This document shows positions 1 to 12,760 of a DNA stretch of 64,000 nt, piece after piece. Made by a program: the position numbers and the translations under genes. Source of the DNA: Eledone cirrhosa (Eukaryota); assembly GCA_964016885.1 (NCBI GenBank), contig OZ024741.1, positions 398,474,001-398,538,000 of the forward strand. Direction: 5' to 3'. The number at the start of each line of letters is the position of its first letter. Position 1 is the first letter of the stretch. The notes under the pieces were generated by a model. That model saw nothing but the letters and a program-made list of their open reading frames with translations, made no database searches and was not told the origin of the DNA.

Positions 1-3000
1 TGGGCAGTAGTGGTGGAAGTTGACCTCAAGGAAGACATGGGCAGTAGTGGTGGAAGTTGACCTCAAGGAAGACATGGGCAGTAGTGGTGGAAGTTGACCT
101 CAAGGAAGACATGGGCAGTAGTGGTGGAAGGTCACCTCAAGGAAGACATGGGTAGTAGTGGTGGAAGTTGACCTCAAGGAAGACATGGGCAGTAGTGGTG
201 GAAGTTGACCTCAAGGAAGACATGGGTAGTAGTGGTGGAAGTTGACCTCAAGGAAGACATGGGCAGTAGTGGTGGAAGTTGACCTCAAGGAAGACATGGG
301 CAGTAGTGGTGGAAGTTGACCTCAAGGAAGACATGGGTAGTAGTGGTGGAAGTTGACCTCAAGGAAGACATGGGCAGTAGTGGTGGAAGTTGACCTCAAG
401 GAAGACATGGGTAGTAGTGGTGGAAGTTGACCTCAAGGAAGACATGGGCAGTAGTGGTGGAAGTTGACCTCAAGGAAGACATGGGCAGTAGTGGTGGAAG
501 TTGACCTCAAAGAAGACATGGCAATAGTGGTGGAAGTTGACCTCAAGGAAGACATGGGCAGTAGTGGTGGAAGGTCACCTCAAGGAAGACATGGGCAATA
601 GTGGTGGAAGTTGACCTCAAAGAAGACATGGGCAGTAGTGGTGGAAGTTGACCTCAAGGAAGACATGGGCAGTAGTGGTGGAAGTTGACCTCATGGAAGA
701 CATGGGCAATAGTGGTGGAAGTTGACCTCAAGGAAGACATGGGTAGTAGTGGTGGAAGGTCACCTCAAGGAAGACATGGGCAATAGTGGTGGAAGGTCAC
801 CTCAAGGAAGACATGGGCAGTAGTGGTGGAAGTTGACCTCAAAGAAGACATGGGCAATAGTGGTGGAAGTTGACCTCAAGGAAGACATGGGCAATAGTGG
901 TGGAAGGTCACCTCAAGGAAGACATGGGCAATAGTGGTGGAAGTTGACCTCAAGGAAGACATGGGCAGTAGTGGTGGAAGTTGACCTCAAGGAAGACATG
1001 GGCAATAGTGGTGGAAGTTGACCTCAAGGAAGACATGGGCAATAGTGGTGGAAGGTCACCTCAAGGAAGACATGGGCAATAGTGGTGGAAGTTGACCTCA
1101 AGGAAGACATGGGCAGTAGTGGTGGAAGTTGACCTCAAAGAAGACATGGGCAATAGTGGTGGAGGTTGACCTCAAGGAAGACATGGGCAGTAATGGTGGA
1201 AGTTGACCTCAAGGAAGACATGGGAAGTTGACCTCAAGGAATACATGGGCAGTAGTGGTGGAAGTTGACCTCAAGGAAGACATGGGTAGTAGTGGTGGAA
1301 GGTCACCTCAAGGAAGACATGGGCAGTAGTGGTGGAAGTTGACCTCAAGGAAGACATGGGTAGTAGTGGTGGAAGGTCACCTCAAGGAAGACATGGGCAG
1401 TAGTGGTGGAAGTTGACCTCAAGGAAGACATGGGCAGTAGTGGTGGAAGTTGACCTCAAGGAAGACATGGGCAATAGTGGTGGAAGTTGACCTCAAGGAA
1501 GACATGGGTAGTAGTGGTGGAAGTTGACCTCAAGGAAGACATGGGCAGTAATGGTGGAAGTTGACCTCAAGGAAGACATGGGTAGTAGTGGTGGAAGTTG
1601 ACCTCAAGGAAGACATGGGCAGTAGTGGTGGAAGTTGACCTAAAGGAAGACATGGGCAGTAGTGGTGGAAGGTCACCTCAAGGAAGACATGGGCAGTAGT
1701 GGTGGAAGTTGACCTCAAGGAAGACATGGGCAGTAGTGGTGGAGGTTGGCCTCAAGGAAGACATGGGCAATAGTGGTGGAAGTTGACCTCAAGGAAGACA
1801 TGGGCAGTAGTGGTGGAAGTTGACCTCAAGGAAGACATGGGTAGTAGTGGTGGAAGTTGACCTCAAGGAAGACATGGGCAATAGTGGTGGAAGTTGACCT
1901 CAAAGAAGACATGGGCAGTAGTGGTGGAAGTTGACCTCAAGGAAGACATGGGCAATAGTGGTGGAAGTTGACCTCAAAGAAGACATGGGCAGTAGTGGTG
2001 GAAGTTGACCTCAAGGAAGACATGGGCAATAGTGGTGGAAGTTGACCTCAAGGAAGACATGGGTAGTAATGGTGGAAGTTGACCTCAAGGAAGACATGGG
2101 CAATAGTGGTGGAAGGTCACCTCAAGGAAGACATGGGTAGTAGTGGTGGAAGGTCACCTCAAGGAAGACATGGGTAGTAGTGGTGGAAGTTGACCTCAAG
2201 GAAGACATGGGTAGTAGTGGTGGAAGTTGACCTCAAGGAAGACATGGGTAGTAGTGGTGGAAGTTGACCTCAAGGAAGACATGGGCAATAGTGGTGGAAG
2301 TTGACCTCAAAGAAGACATGGGCAGTAGTGGTGGAAGTTGACCTCAAGGAAGACATGGGCAATAGTGGTGGAAGTTGACCTCAAAGAAGACATGGGCAGT
2401 AGTGGTGGAAGTTGACCTCAAGGAAGACATGGGCAATAGTGGTGGAAGTTGACCTCAAGGAAGACATGGGCTGTAGTGGTGGAAGTTGACCTCAAGGAAG
2501 ACATGGGTAGTAGTGGTGGAAGGTCACCTCAAGGAAGACATGGACAGTAGTGGTGGAAGTTGACCTCAAGGAAGACATGGGCAGTAGTGGTGGAAGTTGA
2601 CCTCAAAGAAGACATGGGCAGTAGTGGTGGAAGTTGACCTCAAAGAAGACATGGGCAATAGTGGTGGAGGTTGGCCTCAAGGAAGACATGGGCAGTAGTG
2701 GTGGAAGTTGACCTCAAGGAAGACATGGGCAGTAGTGGTGGAAGTTGACCTCAAAGAAGACATGGGCAATAGTGGTGGAGGTTGAACTCAAGGAAGACAT
2801 GGGCAGTAGTGGTGGAGGTTGACCTCAAGGAAGACATGGGTAGTAGTGGTGGAAGTTGACCTAAAGGAAGACATGGGTAGTAATGGTGGAAGTTGACCTC
2901 AAGGAAGACATGGACAGTAGTGGTGGAAGTTGACCTCAAGGAAGACATGGACAGTAGTGGTGGAAGTTGACCTCAAGGAAGACATGGGCAGTAGTGGTGG

Positions 3001-6000
3001 AAGTTGACCTCAAGGAAGACATGGGCAGTAGTGGTGGAAGTTGACCTCAAGGAAGACATGGGCAGTAGTGGTGGAAGTTGACCTCAAGGAAGACATGGGC
3101 AGTAGTGGTGGAAGGTCACCTCAAGGAAGACATGGGCAGTAGTGGTGGAAGTTGACCTCAAGGAAGACATGGGCAGTAGTGGTGGAAGTTGACCTCAAGG
3201 AAGACATGGGCAGTAGTGGTGGAAGGTCACCTCAAGGAAGACATGGGCAGTAGTGGTGGAAGTTGACCTCAAGGAAGACATGGGCAGTAGTGGTGGAAGT
3301 TGACCTCAAGGAAGACATGGGCAATAGTGGTGGAAGTTGACCTCAAGGAAGACATGGGTAGTAGTGGTGGAAGGTCACCTCAAGGAAGACATGGGCAATA
3401 GTGGTGGAAGTTGACCTCAAGGAAGACATGGGCAGTAATGGTGGAAGTTGACCTCAAGGAAGACATGGGCAATAGTGGTGGAAGTTGACCTCAAGGAAGA
3501 CATGGGTAGTAGTGGTGGAAGGTCACCTCAAGGAAGACATGGGCAGTAGTGGTGGAAGTTGACCTCAAGGAAGACATGGGCAGTAGTGGTGGAAGTTGAC
3601 CTCAAGGAAGACATGGGCAATAGTGGTGGAAGTTGACCTCAAGGAAGACATGGGTAGTAGTGGTGGAAGGTCACCTCAAGGAAGACATGGGCAATAGTGG
3701 TGGAAGTTGACCTCAAGGAAGACATGGGCAGTAGTGGTGGAAGGTCACCTCAAGGAAGACATGGGCAATAGTGGTGGAAGTTGACCTCAAGGAAGACATG
3801 GGCAGTAGTGGTGGAAGTTGACCTCAAGGAAGACATGGGTAGTAGTGGTGGAAGGTCACCTCAAGGAAGACATGGGCAGTAGTGGTGGAAGTTGACCTCA
3901 AGGAAGACATGGGCAATAGTGGTGGAAGTTGACCTCAAGGAAGACATGGGTAGTAGTGGTGGAAGGTCACCTCAAGGAAGACATGGGCAATAGTGGTGGA
4001 AGTTGACCTCAAGGAAGACATGGGCAATAGTGGTGGAAGTTGACCTCAAGGAAGACATGGGCAATAGTGGTGGAAGTTGACCTCAAGGAAGACATGGGCA
4101 GTAGTGGTGGAAGTTGACCTCAAAGAAGACATGGGCAATAGGGGTGGAAGTTGACCTCAAAGAAGACATGGGCAGTAGTGGTGGAAGGTCACCTCAAGGA
4201 AGACATGGGCAATAGTGGTGGAAGTTGTCCTCAAGGAAGACATGGGTAGTAATGGTGGAAGTTGACCTCAAGGAAGACATGGGCAGTAGTGGTGGAAGTT
4301 GACCTCAAGGAAGACATGGGTAGTAGTGGTGGAAGGTCACCCCAAGGAAGACATGGGTAGTAGTGGTGGAAGGTCACCCCAAGGAAGACATGGGCAGTAG
4401 TGGTGGAAGTTGACCTCAAGGAAGACATGGGCAGTAGTGGTGGAAGTTGACCTCAAGGAAGACATGGGCAGTAGTGGTGGAAGTTGACCTCAAGGAAGAC
4501 ATGGGCAGTAGTGGTGGAAGTTGACCTCAAGGAAGACATGGGTAGTAGTGGTGGAAGGTCACCCCAAGGAAGACATGGGTAGTAGTGGTGGAAGGTCACC
4601 TCAAGGAAGACATGGGCAGTAGTGGTGGAAGTTGACCTCAAAGAAGACATGGGCAATAGTGGTGGAAGTTGACCTCAAGGAAGACATGGGTAGTAGTGGT
4701 GGAAGTTGACCTCAAGGAAGACATGGGCAGTAGTGGTGGAAGTTGACCGCAAGGAAGACATGGGTAGTAGTGGTGGAAGTTGACCTCAAAGAAGACATGG
4801 GCAGTAGTGGTGGAAGTTGACCTCAAGGAAGACATGGGCAGTAGTGGTGGAAGTTGACCTCAAAGAAGACATGGGTAGTAGTGGTGGAAGTTGACCTCAA
4901 GGAAGACATGGGCAGTAGTGGTGGAAGTTGACCTCAAAGAAGACATGGGCAATAGTGGTGGAAGTTGACCTCAAGGAAGACATGGGTAGTAGTGGTGGAA
5001 GTTGACCTCAAAGAAGACATGGGCAATAGTGGTGGAAGTTGACCTCAAGGAAGACATGGGCAGTAGTGGTGGAAGTTGACCTCAAAGAAGACATGGGCAA
5101 TAGTGGTGGAAGTTGACCTCAAGGAAGACATGGGTAGTAGTGGCGGAAGTTGACCTCAAAGAAGACATGGGCAATAGTGGTGGAAGTTGACCTCAAGGAA
5201 GACATGGGCAGTAGTGGTGGAAGTTGACCTCAAAGAAGACATGGGCAATAGTGGTGGAAGTTGACCTCAAGGAAGACATGGGCAGTAGTGGTGGAAGTTG
5301 ACCTCAAGGAAGACATGGGTAGTAATGGTGGAAGTTGACCTCAAGGAAGACATGGGTAGTAGTGGTGGAAGTTGACCTCAAAGAAAACATGGGCAATAGT
5401 GGTGGAAGTTGACCTCAAGGAAGACATGGGCAGTAGTGGTGGAAGTTGACCTCAAGGAAGACATGGGTAGTAATGGTGGAAGTTGACCTCAAGGAAGGCA
5501 TGGACAGTAGTGGTGGAAGTTGACCTCAAGGAAGACATGGGTAGTAATGGTGGAAGTTGACCTCAAGGAAGACATGGGTAGTAGTGGTGGAAGTTGACCT
5601 CAAAGAAGACATGGGCAATAGTGGTGGAAGTTGACCTCAAGGAAGACATGGGTAGTAGTGGTGGAAGGTCACCTCAAGGAAGACATGGGTAGTAATGGTG
5701 GAAGTTGACCTCAAGGAAGGCATGGACAGTAGTGGTGGAAGTTGACCTCAAGGAAGACATGGGTAGTAATGGTGGAAGTTGACCTCAAGGAAGACATGGG
5801 CAGTAGTGGTGGAAGTTGACCTCAAGGAAGACATGGGCAATAGTGGTGGAAGTTGACCTCAAGGAAGACATGGGTAGTAGTGGTGGAAGTTGACCTCAAG
5901 GAAGACATGGGCAGTAGTGGTGGAAGTTGACCTCAAAGAAGACATGGGTAGTAGTGGTGGAAGTTGACCTCAAGGAAGACATGGGCAGTAGTGGTGGAAG

Positions 6001-7560
6001 TTGACCTCAAGGAAGACATGGGTAGTAGTGGTGGAAGTTGACCTCAAGGAAGACATGGGTAGTAATGGTGGAAGTTGACCTCAAGGAAGACATGGGTAGT
6101 AGTGGTGGAAGTTGACCTCAAGGAAGACATGGGTAGTAGTGGTGGAAGATGACCTCAAGGAAGACATGGGTAGTAGTGGTGGAAGATGACCTCAAGGAAG
6201 ACATGGGCAGTAGTGGTGGAAGTTGACCTCAAAGAAGACATGGGCAATAGTGGTGGAAGTTGACCTCAAGGAAGACATGGGCAGTAATGGTGGAAGTTGA
6301 CCTCAAAGAAGACATGGGCAGTAGTGGTGGAAGGTCACCTCAAGGAAGACATGGGTAGTAGTGGTGGAAGATGACCTCAAGGAAGACATGGGCAGTAGTG
6401 GTGGAAGTTGACCTCAAGGAAGACATGGGCAGTAGTGGTGGAGGTTGACCTCAAGGAAGACATGGGCAGTAGTGGTGGAAGTTGACCTCAAGGAAGACAT
6501 GGGCAGTAGTGGTGGAAGTTGACCTCAAGGAAGACATGGGCAGTAGTGGTGGAAGTTGACCTCAAGGAAGACATGGGCAGTAGTGGTGGAAGGTCACCTC
6601 AAGGAAGACATGGGTAGTAGTGGTGGAAGTTGACCTCAAGGAAGACATGGGCAGTAGTGGTGGAAGTTGACCTCAAGGAAGACATGGGTAGTAGTGGTGG
6701 AAGTTGACCTCAAGGAAGACATGGGCAGTAGTGGTGGAAGTTGACCTCAAGGAAGACATGGGCAGTAGTGGTGGAAGTTGACCTCAAGGAAGACATGGGT
6801 AGTAGTGGTGGAAGTTGACCTCAAGGAAGACATGGGCAGTAGTGGTGGAAGTTGACCTCAAGGAAGACATGGGTAGTAGTGGTGGAAGTTGACCTCAAGG
6901 AAGACATGGGCAGTAGTGGTGGAAGTTGACCTCAAGGAAGACATGGGCAGTAGTGGTGGAAGTTGACCTCAAAGAAGACATGGCAATAGTGGTGGAAGTT
7001 GACCTCAAGGAAGACATGGGCAGTAGTGGTGGAAGGTCACCTCAAGGAAGACATGGGCAATAGTGGTGGAAGTTGACCTCAAAGAAGACATGGGCAGTAG
7101 TGGTGGAAGTTGACCTCAAGGAAGACATGGGCAGTAGTGGTGGAAGTTGACCTCAAAGAAGACATGGGCAGTAGTGGTGGAAGTTGACCTCAAGGAAGAC
7201 ATGGGTAGTAGTGGTGGAAGTTGACCTCAAGGAAGACATGGGTAGTAGTGGTGGAAGTTGACCTCAAGGAAGACATGGGCAGTAGTGGTGGAAGGTCACC
7301 TCAAGGAAGACATGGGCAGTAGTGGTGGAAGTTGACCTCAAGGAAGACATGGGCAGTAGTGGTGGAAGTTGACCTCAAGGAAGACATGGGTAGTAGTGGT
7401 GGAAGTTGACCTCAAAGAAGACATGGCAATAGTGGTGGAAGTTGACCTCAAGGAAGACATGGGTTGTAGTGGTGGAAGTTGACCTCAAGGAAGACATGGG
7501 CAGTAGTGGTGGAAGTTGACCTCAAGGAAGACATGGGTAGTAGTGGTGGAAGTTGACCTC
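1..7560. repeat. 37-bp tandem minisatellite/satellite, ~200 copies, runs off the left edge
   Basis: Unit TGGGCAGTAGTGGTGGAAGTTGACCTCAAGGAAGACA repeated head-to-tail without spacers. Recurrent variants are GCAG/GTAG/GCAA, GTTGAC/GGTCAC and AAGG/AAAG. Confidence 0.99.
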
Positions 7561-7744
7561 AGTATACTATATCTCACTAAGAATAGAGAAATGAGGACGA
7601 CGGCTGTACTGGAAAGAACTTGACTAATCCAAGGAATTCTGGGGAAAATGGATATAAAATGTACTGGAAGAAACTGATCTAATCCATGGAACCTTGGGGA
7701 AATCTAGGGAGGGTTCTTTTCAGTGGCTGATAATACCTTACTGG

Positions 7745-7930
7745 CGCCACACGAATAAGGTAGTTTTTTAACCCATAAATGGGGCCCTAACAGGTACTAC
7801 TACTCCGGGCCAGAGCAGGCCTGGGAGTTATGACAACTAAGGGGTAGCTCCACATTCCCCACAGCTCCTGAACTTCCGAACTGGAGCCTTGCCACTGGAT
7901 GTAGTTTAATGTCATACCCAGGACAGCCCT
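7745..7930. mobile_element. Short interspersed repeat flanked by a ~45-bp local duplication
   Basis: The GGTACTACTACTCCGGG...GTCATACCCAGGACA segment resembles an abundant octopus repeat (from memory). GGAAAATGGA(T/C)ATAAAATGTACTGGAAGAAACTGATCTAAA occurs on both sides (~7644 and ~7932). Confidence 0.55.
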
Positions 7931-8092
7931 GGGAAAATGGACATAAAATGTACTGGAAGAAACTGATCTAAACCCTGGAAAAATGGATATAAAATGATAA
8001 TGATTCCTTATTTCTTCTTTTTTCAAATAGAAACTTTTCCCTGAAAAAAAAAAATGATTAATTTGTATTTTTCTTCTTCATTGTCTCTTCAG

Positions 8093-8238
8093 ATGCAGAA
8101 GACATGCCTCAGTGGGAGAAAGAATTGCAGAAGGAACTTCAAGAATATGATATGGTGGATGATAGTGTGACAGCTGAAGACATGGACTTGGAGAAAGAAA
8201 TTTTGCAACAGCTTGAAGAGGAGAACAAAACAGCCTGA
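8093..8238 (+). CDS. SYAP1: Terminal coding exon of synapse-associated protein 1 (SYAP1/Sap47-like, BSD-domain protein)
   Basis: Polypyrimidine tract and TTCAG acceptor (AG 8091-8092). The phase-1 exon reads xAEDMPQWEKELQKELQEYDMVDDSVTAEDMDLEKEILQQLEEENKTA*, matching the acidic SYAP1 C-terminus (WEKELQQELQEYEVV...EKMLQEEN, recalled). TGA at 8236-8238. Confidence 0.85.
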
Positions 8239-9573
8239 AGAGAGTTCTCTTCTATTGTCATAATTTGACCACATCTGTATGTCTCTTTTTCTCCTCTCTT
8301 TTCTCTCCTCCTCTTCCTACTCCTCCCTCTCTCTCTTCCACACAACTACCACCTAAATTGTTAGTAGTACCTGTTTCTTCTTTTTTGTTCTTTTTCTTTT
8401 TTTTTTCATTGTTTTTTTATCATGTATTGTTCCATCTGTTGTTAATGTTGCCACCATCATCATTAGCATCATCAACATCATCGTTTATCATCATCATCAT
8501 CACCAGTGTAGCCTGCTGAACACTGTACTTTGAAATCTGCTCTTTGTTGGCAGTGTGGCTACTTCTCCCCCACCACCACCACCCTCTTTTTTTCTTTTTT
8601 TTAATGTGTGTGTATGTATGTGTCTGTGTGTCTGAGTATGTGTGTGTTTGTGTGAGAATTGTATTTCCTCCTTGGCAGTGTTTGTTGGCTGAACAACACT
8701 CATGATAAAAGAACTGGTTATTGTTTCTGTTACTACTACTACTACTACTACTACTGTCACTCTACTACTTCTACAACTCTACTACTACTACTACTACTCC
8801 TCCTCCTACTGCTGTTGCTGCTACAACCCCTACCACAATCTAGCAATATTCCCATCTGTTACTACTATCAATATCACTACATTACATTCCCACATATTTG
8901 TCACAAGACCAATACATGTTTATATTCTCTTTAACACAACACCAACTTATCTTGTTGTTGTTTTAGTAATCCATAGAGCGTCGGACATGCTTTGTGGCAT
9001 TGAGTTACGACCCTTTACGTTCTGAGTTCAAATCCCGCCGAGGTTAACTTTGCCTTTCTTCCCTACGGAGTTGATAAAATAAAGTACCAGTAATGTACTG
9101 GGGTTGATTTAATCGACTTTTCCCCCTCTCCCAGAATTGCTGGCCTTGTGCCTCAATCTGAAACCATTATTATTATCATTATTAAGGGCAGTGGATTGGC
9201 AGAACTGGTAGAGTGTCAGTCTGATGACATGCTTTGCAACATATAGTTACGTCCCTTTACGTTCTGAGTTCAAATCCCGCCAAGGTTAACTTTGCCTTTC
9301 TTCCCAATGGGGGTTGATAAAATAAAGTACCAGTAATGCACTGGGGTTGATTTAATCGACTTTCCCCTCTCCCAAAATTGCTGGCCTTGTGCCTAAATCA
9401 GAAACTGTTATCATAATTATTATTTTTGCCTATTTTATTTTTAAAAAATGAGTGTTAAAGCGAAATACAATCCAAAACATTAAATTATTGTTTTGGATTT
9501 CAGTTTTTAAAAATAAACTTGTATATTTTATATTTTAATTTAAACTACTAATTGCAAATTTACTAACAGAAGC

Positions 9574-9626
<53 letters not shown>

Positions 9627-10345
9627 TGTGCAAATAAATTTTGTGAAAATGTCATGAGTCTGTTAGGCAAAACAACTTGGAAATTTTTGGTTAATTCTTT
9701 TACCATTCTTTTATTTATTGTTTGTTTCTGTCTATTGAGACTTAACTCAGAATATATATATTTATATACGTTCTAGTTTTCAAAAACTGTCTTAATAAAC
9801 ACATGTACACATATATACACACAATGTGGATTTTTCTTTGTTTTTTTTTTTTGTTTTTTTTTTCATATTTCAAAGTGGTTTATTAAAGAATATATATATA
9901 AAAAGAAAAAACAATTTAATATTAAACTCTAAAAAATACGATGTAAATAAAAGATTATTTTGGTAAATTATTTTCTGTTAAATATTCTTTATAATATTCC
10001 TTATTTTTAAACTTTTTTATTATTATTATTATTTCTTCTTTTGAAAATGGAAATGTTTTTTTTTTATCCCTAAAAGCTTCATTGATGATGGGATACATTC
10101 AGAAATATGTGGGCATTGGGAAACTTTCTCTAAATTCAGACTTTACATTTTGTAGGTACAACTATTCTCAGAGAAAAAAATTGTTTTCAAATTCCACCTC
10201 TTTTATTTCAATGTTTTCATTTTATATATCATCATATTTTTTACTTTAAATCAATTTGAAAAGTAAAGATTATTGTGACATTATTTTATGTTTTAAATCT
10301 TTGTTTTTTTTCTCTGTCCAAAAATGTATACATTAATAATAAAAT
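8239..10345 (+). other. Probable 3' UTR of the SYAP1-like gene (end uncertain)
   Basis: AT-rich, microsatellite- and SINE-containing sequence after the stop. Candidate AATAAA signals near 9794, 9946 and 10338. Confidence 0.35.
8975..9410 (+). mobile_element. Two tandem copies of tRNA-headed SINE family A
   Basis: A-box-like TGGCAGAACTGG, B-box-like GAGTTCAAATCCC, central TTTGCCTTTC...GATAAAATAAAGTACCAG (Meta-domain-like, from memory), 3' TTGCTGGCCTTGTGCC and a (TTA)n tail. Confidence 0.9.
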
Positions 10346-10631
10346 AATAATAATCATTATAATTTCTTCACTGAAACCAATTGTTTTATTCTGAGTGGGT
10401 GGGGGTAGGGGGAGAGAAAGATCGCTAGACTGACAGATTAAAGGCCTTGCTATATTGAGTTACCTCCCTTTATTTTTCTTAGTTCCAATCATATTGAGGT
10501 CAACTTCAACTTACGTCCATCTGGATGTCAATAAAATAATAAAGTACAAGCATTAAATAAACACCCCTCCCTCTTCCTCAAAAACTTATATAATTGTTAT
10601 TATCATCATTATTATTATTATTATTATTATG

Positions 10632-11740
10632 AGGGCGGTGTATTGGCAGTATCGGTAGAGGGTCAGACGCCATGCTTTGCAGCAAAGAGTTACGGCCCTT
10701 TATGGTCCGAGTTCAAATCCCGCCGAGGTTAACTTTGCCTTTCATCCCTACGGGGTCGATAAAATAAAGTACCAGTAATACACTGGAATAATTGCTGGCC
10801 TTGTGCCAAAAGTAGAAACAATTATTATTATTATTGTTGTTGTTGTTATTGCAACTGTAGATTGGCAGTATCGGTAGAGGGTCGGGTGCCATTCTTTGCA
10901 GCATAGAGTTACGGCCCTTTATAATGTGAGTTCAAATCCCGCCGAGCCTAACTTTGCCTTTCATCCTTTTGAGGTCGATAAAATAAAGTACCAGTCACGC
11001 ACTGGGGTTGATTTAATCGACTTTCCCTGCCCCCAAAATTGCTGGCCTTGTGCCTATATAAGAAACCATTGTTATTGTTGTTGTTGTTATTACAACGGTA
11101 GATTGGCAGTATCAGTAGGGCGACAACATGCTTTGTTGTTTAAAGTTCAGTTGGCCTTGTGCCTAAAACAGAAACCATTAAGGGCAGTGGATTAGCAATA
11201 TTGGTAGAGCCTTGTACACCATGCTTTGCAGCATAGAGTTATGACCCTTTACGTTCTGAGTTCAAATCCCGCCGAGGTTTAGCTTTGTCTTTCATCTTTA
11301 CGGGGTCGATTAAATAAAGTACCAGTAATGCACTGGGGTTGATTTAATCGACTTTCCCCTTCCCCAGAAATTGCTGGCCTTGTGCCTAAAGTAGAAACAA
11401 TTACTATTATTATAAACAATGCAGGTGGGGGGGGGGGGGCTGAGTCGGTGGAGTGCCAGATAAATGTGTAAAAGTTTTTGTTCCAGGCCTATACTACTTT
11501 TTGAGTTCAAATCCCACCGAAGTCAGCTTTGCCTTTCATCTTTTTGGCTTCAATAAAATAAAGTACCCTACCCTAAAAAATAAATTGAGGGTCAATTTAA
11601 TCAACTATGCCTTTCTCCTAAAATTGCTGGCCTTGTGCCAATGCTACAAAGAATTATTATTAATGCAGGTCAACTTTACTTTTCTTCCCTCGGGGGTCAA
11701 TAACATAAAGAACCAATCGTGTACTGGGGTCAATTTAACT
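10632..11740 (+). mobile_element. Head-to-tail cluster of 5-6 SINE family A copies/fragments
   Basis: Same motifs starting at ~10632, 10857, 11097 (partial), 11182, 11437 and 11665 (partial). Confidence 0.9.
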
Positions 11741-11994
11741 CAGTGGAAATGGATTAGATAGTATTACCAGTTCAATAGCTCCACTCTTCTAAGTTGTGCT
11801 GTTAAGTTCACTTTTGTTATTTATTTTGGTTGGGGATTTAGAGAGGAAATGGGTAATTCCAAGTATTTCTAAGATCCATTGAAATTCTACAATGGATACA
11901 TAGTCAAACATTTAGAGCAGCACACCAATGACTGGCTGCATTAGTTACAGTAACTTGATTGATTGATTTGAGGTATTTATGAAATAAGTGGTAA

Positions 11995-12255
11995 TAATAT
12001 CAATTCATCTGGTTGATCTGCTAGTAAGATCAAGTCATCTGGGTGATGTGCTAGTAATATCAAGTCATCTGGTTGATGTGCTAGTAATATCAATTCATCT
12101 GGTTGATGTGGTAGTAATATCAATTCATCTGGTTGATGTGGTAGGAATATCAAGTCATCTGGTTGATGTGCTAGTAATATCAATTCATCTGGTTGATCAT
12201 CTGCTACTGACATCAAGTCATCTGGTTGATCTGCCAGTAATATCAATTCATCTGC
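11995..12255. repeat. 30-bp tandem repeat, ~8-9 copies
   Basis: Unit CTAGTAATATCAA(T/G)TCATCTGGTTGATGTG. Confidence 0.92.
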
Positions 12256-12565
12256 TTCTACTCCTCTACATATCCTATGATTAGCTAAAATATCTTAGGA
12301 TTATGTTTCACAGTATTGTTATCATTTTATATTATTTTTAGGTATTTTGTGTTAAAATAACAACAAACTAAAACAATAATTGCTAAAACCAGTTTTATAT
12401 ATATATATATATAACCAGCATTGAAAAGCCTACATTGACTCTATATAGAAATAATCAATCTAATTACTATTCATCTAATTAAGTGGACCAATTATCATAA
12501 AGTCATTCTGAAAAATTAATTGAATATAACCAATCTATCAATCAAACGAGAAATATATATATATA

Positions 12566-12760
12566 TAACAAAGGAATTGTGGTAAGGAACCAGATGGACC
12601 ATAACGCACCAGAGTACTCAACACTTAGCGTAGTAGAGTGGGAAATAGGAAAAAGTATAACCCCGACGGTAGAGCTCAAGCCGTTTGATGGCTATTTCTG
12701 TCCAGAAATAGCCATCGAAACGGCTTGAGCTCTGCCGTCGGGGGTCATACTTTTTCCTAT
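12566..12760 (-). mobile_element. Short hammerhead-derived element in (TA)n, converted into a near-perfect hairpin
   Basis: 12566-12690 is the reverse complement homolog of 63063-63190. Hairpin 12645-12760. Retains GAAAC-GGC...GCC-GTC (stem III plus cleavage triplet) but no CTGANGA box. Confidence 0.7.

Noticed and set aside
1-7560. CRISPR array or repetitive protein-coding region
   Set aside because: Units are contiguous with no spacers and there are no cas genes. 37 is not a multiple of 3 and stops recur, so the 65-aa ORFs are artefacts.
10495-10508. 14-bp reverse-complement match to the satellite unit, suggesting a SINE origin
   Set aside because: Too short and within a degenerate SINE; chance cannot be excluded.
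11977-12284. Repeat-protein ORFs
   Set aside because: A 30-bp minisatellite open on both strands, with no splice or homology support.
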